A stretch of DNA of 64,000 nucleotides from Cyanophora paradoxa CCMP329 (Eukaryota > Plantae > Glaucophyta). The position numbers and the translations under genes are program-made. Of the stretch, positions 47,983-57,200 are shown piece after piece. Location: positions 1-64,000 of the forward strand of contig QPMI01000621.1 in assembly GCA_004431415.1 (NCBI GenBank), in the 5' to 3' direction. The notes beneath the pieces were generated by a model. It saw only the letters and a list, made by a program, of their open reading frames with translations, was not told where the DNA came from and did not search any database. Every line of letters begins with the position of its first letter. Position 1 is the stretch's first letter.

Positions 47983-49134
47983 TATATGTAGCCTACTAGC
48001 TGCAGATGCTGTCTTTACAAGGTCTTCGACTCGCCCCCGCCCCCGCTCGTCTCAGGAGGTGCAAGGTGGGGTCTAAAGTAGGGGCGTCGACAGAACACAA
48101 CAATGATGGCTATAAGAAATGCTCAGCGGCTATCTAGATCTACGTATACGCTCGCTAGTCGTATACGTAGGCCTGGGCCTGCGCGCAGCGCCGCCCGCCG
48201 CTCCTCCGCCCCGCCAGGCGCCGGCAAGCCGCGAAGCCTCCCGCGCCTCCGCCCCGCGCGCCGGTGCCCGGAGAGCTGCACCCCGCCGCGCGCCACGCCA
48301 CCGACCCGCCCAGCCCGCCGAGCCGCACCGCGGCGCGGCGCGCCGTGCCCCCGCGCCTTCCCGCCTGCCGAGCCGCGCCGCGGCCGCCGACTGTCGCGCC
48401 GCGGCGCCTCCCGGAGTCCACCTGGCTCCGCCGACTGAGCTGCGTATGCGCTGCCGCGCGCGCGTCGCGCCTACGCGTACGAGGCTCCGCCCCGCCTGGC
48501 GAGCCGCGCCGACCGGGTACTGCTGCCCGACCGCCCCGCCCGTCACGGCGCCAGCCTGGCCTCGCGTCGCGCAGCGTTAGCCGCGGCCGTCAGCTGCGTG
48601 CTCCCGCGTGCCGTGCCCGGGTTAGCCGAGCAGCGCTAGCCACATGCATATGCATGCGCAGCGCTCCTTACATGTACGTACACGCGTACGGCGACTCTCG
48701 TCGGCGAGTCGCGTACGGCGAGACATATACAGGACACGCAGGCCAGGCACGGGGACACGGGAGCTCGAGGGCGGCGGCGGGCGCGGCTCGCTAGCACTGC
48801 GGCAGAGCTCGCTGGCGCTGGCGGGCGGCGGGCGGAGCCGCGGCGGGCCCGGGGCGCGGCGCGATTACCGGCCCGGCGGTATGCTTAAAAAACAAGCAGG
48901 GGGGGCTCCGCGGCCTCCGCCCCCCCCCCCCCCACCCCCCCGGGCCCCGGTTCGAATTCGAGATTCGGCAAGTTCGAATTCGAGATTTGGCCCGGCGGGG
49001 CCGCGGCCGCGGGCCCGGAGCTCGAGAATCCGATGATCGCTCGAGATGCGTCCGATCAGTCTTTTTTCGCGACCCCCGGAGTCCCCGGACCGAACGTCGC
49101 ACAACGTCTTTTGTTTTTCTGCCCGGCCGTTATT

Positions 49135-49236
49135 CCTTTTTTTGTTTTGGTGAATTACCGGCCACAGTCTCTAGACACCAGCACTGCGGGGGCTGCCCAG
49201 GGGGCATAAAGACAAAAAAGCAAAATAACTAAGACA
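49135..49236 (-). mobile_element. 5'-truncated retroposon 3' end with A-rich tail and 11-bp target-site duplication
   Basis: CGGCCGTTATT at 49124-49134 and 49237-49247. The minus strand ends GTGGCCGGTAATTCACC + A-tract; identical to part of the 56.15-56.24 kb copy. Confidence 0.7.
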
Positions 49237-49649
49237 CGGCCGTTATTTCGGCCGTTCAGCTAGCTTAACATTCGGCGCTTATAATATTCGGCGCTTTAAT
49301 TTTCATTCGCATGCAATACTTTAATTTAATTACATGCAGCCAAAATTAAAAGATTCAAAACGCATTAATTCGGTGATACGATATATCTCGATGTACTAAG
49401 ATAACATCACAATGAGCATTCACAGCTCGTTTTTTTTACCGGTCGACCCGACACGACCGAAATCCGGTTTTTGACCAATTTCCCCTCGGGTGTTCGGAAT
49501 TCCCCGGCGCAAGCTAGTGCATTCTACCCGGTAGCTTGCCGGCTACAAGATGCTATGCAGCGACTAGCCGTTCTGTGCCGGGTGAAAAGTTATCGCGATC
49601 GCCGGCTACCCTTGCCCATACAACGGGCATGTCGAGTCGATTAGGAAAC

Positions 49650-50116
49650 CGCGATATCAATCGCAATGCGCTCTCCGCTCTCGGAACCGAGATCAGTACA
49701 CGTATGCGCAGGGGGGACGCACGACGGCCATGGCTGCGTTGAGCCGCTTCGAATTCCTGCGCGTGAGCTGTCAACTTTGTCATCCGATACCAAGCTTAAG
49801 CGAGGCCGCTGCGAAGCGGCTCAACGCAGCCATGGCCGTCGTGCGTCCCCCCTGCGCATACGTGTACTGATCTCGGTTCCGAGAGCTAAACGATCTGACC
49901 TCGCGATCGTCCGTGCCTCCGGTGGGCGTTCACGTCGGCAGTACGCGGTGTGTAAGGCTGAAGCATATCCTCCGATTGCAATAAATCTATAGCTAACCAT
50001 AATATCGCTGTTCCGCGGCTTCAGATGCCTGGCGACTACACGGTCGTCTGTGCGTATAATTCGCGATATCAATCGCAATGCGCTCTCCGCTCGCGTTGCC
50101 GACCATACCCCAGTTG
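49650..50116. repeat. Complex duplication of the PiT gene 5' region forming an inverted repeat
   Basis: 49650-49680 = 51245-51275 direct; 49678-49802 = reverse complement of 50944-51068; 49812-50116 = 50995-51299 direct. Confidence 0.9.
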
Positions 50117-50169
50117 GTTTCCAATTTGCAAGCTCCAAACAGTCTTTTGGAGCTTGCAAATTGGAAACC
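50116..50169. repeat. Perfect 24-bp hairpin with 6-nt loop
   Basis: GGTTTCCAATTTGCAAGCTCCAAA-CAGTCT-TTTGGAGCTTGCAAATTGGAAACC. Confidence 0.92.
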
Positions 50170-51014
50170 GAAATGCAAGGCCCTTCGTGGGGTCAGATGG
50201 GGGGGAGGGGCCCGGGGGGCGGCGGGGGCTAGGCTTGCGGCTCGAGCCTAGCCGCTGAGCCAGCTTTCTGACCCGATCGCGAGTCACGAATCTCACTGAG
50301 TCACGATATCGATCACGGCCCGACCCTTCACCAACCTACACTAGGACCACTAGTACTGGGCCAAGCTCGCCGAATCTGCCAGCCTCGGCGCCTAGCCTAG
50401 TAGGCTGATCCATATCCGATCATATATATCCGCTCGATGATCGCCCAGCCGAGTACTATAGCTAGTCGAGATTCGACTCGAGAAGCCGCTAGGTAGAGCC
50501 TAGCCTACTACTAAGTAGGCTACTAGAGGCTACCGGCCCGGGTACTCGGCGGTACTACTGCTGCGCTAGTAGAAGAGTCTAGCCGCGGCGCTGCTCATAT
50601 CGATCTCGATCTCAGTCTGCCCGACGGCCGTCCTGCGCTCGCGCTAGCGCTGAGGACAAGCCTTGAAGCTACAGCCTAGTAGCGCTAGCTAGCCTGGTAG
50701 TGCTGCAGCTGCTCACCAGTCGGACGCTGACGTCGACGTCTGACACGCCGTGACGCGCGCGCCCTCCGAGGCTCTGACAGCTGCAGTTGCAGGCGCGTTT
50801 GCGCGTCCGACGGTCCGGCCGTCGCAATTGATCACGACGTCTGCGCTCACCTGGGATCACACGTGCGCAGGCTGCAGCTGAGCCGGCGATCGATCGCGCG
50901 AGGCATCAACCAAGTCACAGAACTCGCAGTGCGCTCAGCGGCCCGCTTAAGCTTGGTATCGGATGACAAAGTTGACAGCTCACGCGCAGGAATTCGAAGC
51001 GGCTCAACGCAGCC

Positions 51015-54000
51015 ATGGCCGTCGTGCGTCCCCCCTGCGCATACGTGTACTGATCTCGGTTCCGAGAGCTAAACGATCTGACCTCGCGATCGTCCGTGCC
51101 TCCGGTGGGCGTTCACGTCGGCAGTACGCGGTGTGTAAGGCTGAAGCATATCCTCCGATTGCAATAAATCTATAGCTAACCATAATATCGCTGTTCCGCG
51201 GCTTCAGATGCCTGGCGACTACACGGTCGTCTGTGCGTATAATTCGCGATATCAATCGCAATGCGCTCTCCGCTCGCGTTGCCGACCATACCCCAGTTGC
51301 TCTGGCGGTCGTCCTTGCCTTCATCGACGCGTACGGCATCGGCGCGAACGACGTCGGGAACAACTTCGCGAACGCCGTCGCCGCCAAGACGCTGTCCCTC
51401 CGCTCCGCCTGCGTCCTCGGTGAGAGGATTCGTTCATGTTGACTGGCGGACGGCACTCGCGGATACTCATGATCACGATCAGCTTCTTTCGGCGAGTTCC
51501 TTGGCGCTCTTCTCTTAGGCAAAACCACGGGCGAGACTATTCGAGGAGGCCTCATCAAAGTTGCGAGATATGCAGACCATCCCAGTGCGCACGGAATTAT
51601 CATAGGCTCTCGCGATCGCGCACCGCCCACATGGGGTACGACAACTGGGATAATCGCGGCCAGATTTGCTGATGCTTGCCATGCAATGCTCGCTTATTGG
51701 AAGTTCGTCCTGGATTTTGATTGCCACCCGTGCCGGGCTGCCAGGTCCGGATCCGATCCAGCAATAATGTAGTTCAAACAATTGCAAACGTCTCTGACGC
51801 GTCGCCGGGCGCCGTACTTTTATAAATAGTCTCAACCACGCACTCCATCATCGGAGCCGTGATTGGAACATCAATCGCCGCGTTTGGGGGAACCGCAATT
51901 AACTGTGCGCGCATCCGCGCCACCTTGTTTTTGTTTCACTTAATGATCGAGCGAATTATCAGGGGAATGGAACGGGAATGGAGTGGCACAAATTGTTGCT
52001 TCATGGTTCATCTCCCCGCTCCTGTCGGTGAGACTTCGATCTTCTATGCGTTTGTATAGCTCACTGGATCACAATACATGCGTGTATCGCTGGTTGTTTG
52101 TTTTTTACAGCTTATATGTTGGCACACAATTCGCAGTCCACGATTGCGGCGATCATCTTCCTCCTCACCAAATTCCTCGTCCTGCGCCGCAAGAATAGCT
52201 TTTTCTGGGGTTTGGTCGAAGTTCCCATCTTCTTCGCGTTTGCCCTCTTCATCAGTGCGCGCGGCCTCCGTTGCGATCCGATCGTATTTATTTTCGAAAT
52301 TAACGCCGGTGCATTTAGACACGTATCTGGTTACCACGAAAGGCATGCCCAAACTGGACCTGGTCAAATCGGGAAAATACACCGAGCGTGCGCGAATTCT
52401 ATTATATTATGAATATCTTTCTGCGATATCCCATGCAACGAATTTGAATTCGGGATGACAAATATAACTGCGCAGCTCAACTCGTGGGCATCTCGTGGGC
52501 GGTGGGCATTGGAGCGTCTGCCATCCTCTCGACGTTTATCATCATCTGGGCGAAGAAGGTGCTCCTCGCAATCGCTGCATGTAACTGCATGCTTTCGACT
52601 GATCATCGGACGTTTAGAAACTCGACAAGAAGTATGGTCCGCTATTGATTGATTCCGATATCGAATACCGCTTGCTACCATTTTTGACACGCGTATTCGC
52701 GCCGCAGTGATGGGCCCCGACGGGCGGCACGTCCTCTCCCCCGAGTATCTTGCCGTAGTGGAGGCTGAGAGGCTGGAGAAGGTCAAGAAGATCGAGGCCA
52801 AGCAGCTCGAGGCGATGAACGCGAAGTCTCGGTACGAGCTCGGCAGGGATTCGCCGCAAGAGGGTGCGCGCTTGCTCGTTGCCGCGTTTCAAGGGGCCTT
52901 CGATATGGCTAAGTTTTCTTAAGCAGCGATCGTCGTGCCGGAGAGCGATATCGATGTCACGGCGAAGATCTCCAAGCCGGCCTCCAGCGATCGCGACTCT
53001 TCCGATCACGGAATGAAGTTCAAGAAATCGTTCAAGGACATACTGGTGCGTTGCATCCACCGAGTGCATGGATTGTCGCTACTAAAAAAAACACCGGTCG
53101 CCAGGCGGGATCTTTCTCGAAGGCGAAGAAGGCAGCATTCCACGGGGTCAATGTAGACGTTGTCACCATTGAGGGCGACGCAAAGCTCGGTATGCCACTG
53201 GGCCAGGCGGCGGCTGGCGCTCAGCAGCTTTATTAAGTAGAATTTACGTCTGCTCATCGAATTGTGCGTGCAGAAAATATGCACGCAAACATAGAGGACT
53301 TTGATCCTAAGGTGCAGTTGCAACCATATAATTAATAGCCAAATTCAGAAAATCAATAATAATCCTCCTTCTGACGGCACAGACGGAGGATTTGTTCAAG
53401 CTCCTCCAGATTGTCTCAAGCACCATGAACAGCTTCGCACATGGCTCGAATGATGTCGGTCAGACATTTGCCCTTCTTTTCAAACCGCTTCTTTACAAAC
53501 TCTGAAGCTGCTTCGCCGCACACGCATGCGCAGCAAACGCCATTGGTCCGCTCGCTACAGTCTTCGCCATCTGGCAGGCGGGGAGGTGCTGGTCCATGCG
53601 ACGCGCGCAGCCTTCACGCCTCTTAACGGGGGTACCTGCGCCGCGCACAGCAATTACATGTGCGACGGGTCGCGCGACGGGCGCTGCTGGTCACTTGCCA
53701 AGTGAGTTCCGCTGAAGACTCTAGAGTCGAATTGGAATTCATATTGGCCGCAGGCCTGAGACGGAGATCGAAGTGTGGATTCTTGCCTTTGGTGGGGCAG
53801 CCATCGTCATAGGACTGGCCACATATGGCTACAATATCATGCGTGTTCTTGGAAACCACCTTACGAAGGCATCAGGGTTTTGTTTCGAATTCGTTTGTTC
53901 ATGATTACAATTGACCGATAAGGCGTTTAGATTACCCCAAGCCGCGGTTTCAGCATCGAGCTGGGAGCAGCAATTACCGTTGTCTTTGCTTCGTGCGCAG

Positions 54001-54670
54001 TTACTTTCAACATGTTTTCGGAACCAATTTCTGCGCGCTTATGCTTTTCGAAGGTCTCAAGGGTGGCCAGTGTCCACCACCCACGTGCGCTTTGGCCGGA
54101 TGTGCTGCTGCTGGGTAAACACCGTCTATATTAATGACGTACGCTTGTTTTCCGCACGCCTGCAGTGCGCCGTGGGGGCCACGGCCGGGGTCGGCTTCTT
54201 CGGCTCAAGAAACTTCAAGGAGGCCTGCAAGGTACACGAGCGCTCACGCTTTGCAATCTGCACCTGCTTTCCTCCAAGGCTTAGGCCTGCGTCTCTCGAG
54301 CGCAGGCGGTCAACTGGAGTACTCTCGGGAAATCGTTCATGGCTTGGTTCATCACCCTGCCTTTCGCTGGCCTAACCTCCGCCCTGATGTGCGCTCCCCC
54401 CCCCCCCCCCCACCCCCCCGCCTCCCCCACCCCACCCCCTCGCCCATCGTGATCAGCGTTCATTGAACGCTGAATGCGCGATCGATGCTGACACCTGCTC
54501 GTCGCAGATTCGCGTACGTCGCGTACACGCCGGCCGCCTGGGCGTCGGAGCAGAAATCGGTCACATTCATCGAGACCGGCTTCTCGGAAGTCAATGTGCG
54601 CCCCCCTATCATGCCTTCGCAATTGCAACTGCGCGCTCATGCCTGCCCTCGCCAGTGGGCGGCGACCTAA
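51015..54670 (+). CDS. PiT/PHO4-family inorganic phosphate transporter (heavily spliced)
   Basis: AYGIGANDVGNNFA, GLP|VSTTHSIIGAVIG, SWFISPLL, SFAHGSNDV|ANAIGP, GYNIMRVLG..ITPSRGFSIELG, WPVSTTH|CAVGA. Start at 51015 or 51208. Confidence 0.93.
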
Positions 54671-56120
54671 GGAGCCACTGCTCGTACGCGATAGTTAGAC
54701 AGGAATAAGTAGTAAAATAGTAAAGCAAGCTTTAGCTCAAGTTAGGATTAGATCCAACTCGCGCCCTGTACGCGACGCTAGTACACGCGGCGCACTTTTT
54801 TTTGTATTGATGTAGTTTTTTTCAATTGAAATTGAATTATTTTTATTACAATCTCAAAGTCGCAATCAGGACAGATCCCGGGCGAGCGCTCACGCCATGT
54901 ACACATGCATGCCTGGACTAGTACCTTCAACCACTCCGAAATTCCAATCCCGGCCCTGCAAATTGTTCACCTCGTGATCAGCCTTCGATTTCTTGATCAA
55001 GGCTTTATAATTAGCGTGCAACTGAGCTCGAGCAGCTGATCAATGACTTAAAGTGAGCTGCGAATTTCGAAAGGAAAAGTATAGAACAAATGATCATATA
55101 TAACAGTGGCCCGGCCGCGATTGTCGCGCCGGGGGTGCAAGGGGGGAACCGGGATCTAATGAAAGAGTCCTAGTGGCGCGCACATGCGCGCGGCAGAACG
55201 ACCCCGGCCCAGTGCGCGCGGCAGGTTGAAGTGTAAACATAAACACAGATTATGATTGAAAAAATAGAAAAGGCCCGATAAGCACACGCTGCGATCAAAC
55301 CGAATTAAAAAAGACTGAATGAAAGGCCAGATTTCTGCGATCAAATCGAATAAAACAAAGACTGAATGAAAGGCCACCGCGGCCAGTCCGAGAAGCCGAG
55401 CAGCGGAGTGTCGACAGCAACAAGAGCGCCCGGCGCCGGCCCGGCCGGCGTGCTCGGCTGCGGGCAGCGGCGCACGCGGTTCTGCGGTATAAGCTTTAAG
55501 CTCGATTTCGGCGGCGTGCTGAGCGCAGCAAGAGAGCGCGGTTTTGCGGTTTTTCCGCGCGCAGCACGAGTGCCGCGCAGCGTGCTCGGCTGCAGGCAGC
55601 GGCGCGTGCTCGCTGCGGTGGAAGCTTGATGCAGTGAAAAGTAGTCCAGGCGGCACGGGTACCGTGCGGCGTACGCGGCGCAGTGCGAGGAAGCGGAAAT
55701 CGATATCTAGGGGAGACGTTGACAGCTAGAGAGAAGTGGTTCCATGCAGAACCGCGCAACGAAGAGCAAGGCGTACGCGACGCACTGCGAGGAAGCCGAA
55801 GTCTAGAGGAGACAGCTACGGAGAACTGGTTCCATGCAGAACCGCGCAAGCTTTAAGGAATTCGAAGACCGGAGTTAGAGAGAAGTTAGTTTTCCCCTCG
55901 AAAACCACTTTTTCCCCTCGAATTCGACGCTCGAAAGTCGAGAGCTGACCGGTCCACCGAGCCAATCCGAACGCGAATAAAAGACATTTTAGTTGCATAC
56001 TGGACCTCGAAAACGGCCTCGTAGAAAATTTTTGGCTGAAGCGAGGGAACGGGAAGCCAGGGGGGGAAGACCTTCGGTCTTCTTTCCCCCCTTGCAATAA
56101 TAAATATAATTTGATACTTA

Positions 56121-56347
56121 TTTTTTTGGTGAATTACCGGCCACTTTTTTTTTGGTGAATTACCGGCCACAGTCTCTAGACACCAGCACTGCGGGGGCTG
56201 CCCAGGGGGCATAAAGACAAAAAAGCAAAATAACTAAGACAGGAGCACGAAGAAAGATAAGACAAAGAGCCAAAATCGACAATAAAAAAGGAAAGACACA
56301 GAGCTCGAGACAGATCGATAGCGAGAAGAGACGATAAATCGAGCAGA
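56121..56347 (-). mobile_element. Third copy of the retroposon 3' end, with duplicated tail, interrupted at 56348 by the LTR element
   Basis: T-tract+GGTGAATTACCGGCCAC occurs twice, followed by the same body as the 49135 and 2337 copies. Confidence 0.7.
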
Positions 56348-56626
56348 TGTAGGGACTGTCGCGTGCAGCGATTCCCTCGGATTAGGCTAGCCGGTAGTCT
56401 ATGCGTAGCCGCTAGCCCTAGTCTAGTGCTATCGAGCGGCTAGCTCTAGCGCTCTCTGTATTCTGACTTAGCGCCGGGCGCGACTCCGTTTGGGGGTACG
56501 CGATCCCTGGACGGGTACACTTGTGAATAGACCACTTGTGCTCCCAGCTACAGCCACAGCCCGTGCGTGACCGCACGGACGCTGCACCGGGTGGGAATCC
56601 TCTCATCCGACAGGCGCCACTGCCGG

Positions 56627-56782
56627 GAACGAGCGGAGCTCGTCCGCGTTCTTCGGCGTCTGCCAGTCCGTGATCACCTTGGTCTTCGCAGGGTCCTGGC
56701 GGATCCCTTCGGCGGAGATGCGGTGGCCGAGAAGGTCGATCTCAGGCACGCAGAAGCGGCATTTCGACGGCTTCAGGCGCAG
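56627..56782 (-). pseudogene. Antisense fragment of gypsy-type reverse transcriptase (C-terminal/thumb region)
   Basis: LRLKPSKCRFCVPEIDLLGHRISAEGIRQDPAKTKVITDWQTPKNADELRSF fits the gypsy L.L...KC.F....LGH.IS..GI..DP.K...I..W..P.....LRSF consensus. Confidence 0.88.
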
Positions 56783-57200
56783 AACCCCGATCATCAGCGA
56801 CCCGTTCCGGGCTGATCCGCAGTTGGCGACCGAACATTCTGGAAAGAACCAGAACTTAGTCCCGTGGAAGCCAGGCCCGCGCGCGAATACCCGAGGGTGC
56901 TATTCCCGGTCGGATTCGTCGACGCCGCCTGCGCGAGCTGCCGTGCGAGCCCGAGGGTGCTATTCCCGGTCGGTCGCCAGTCACTCGCCGCGACGCCAGC
57001 CTTCTCCGGCTGCTGCGATCGTGCTGGACAAGACGAAGAGCGATCGGATCGACGGCTGAGGCGTGCGCGCCCGAGCTGTCTCCAGAATCGCTGCAGCCGA
57101 GCTTGCTCGCCGCTGCTGTGGACCACGACGGCCTCGGATCTCGAGCGAGGCACATTCTCTCACGGACTAGCGTGACTTTACGTCGCCGCTTGACCTGAGA

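Noticed and set aside
51148-51207. ATATCCTC resembling a second U12 donor (also duplicated near 49965)
   Set aside because: No CCTTRAC branch site or AC acceptor; it lies inside an ordinary intron with a GCTAAC branch site.
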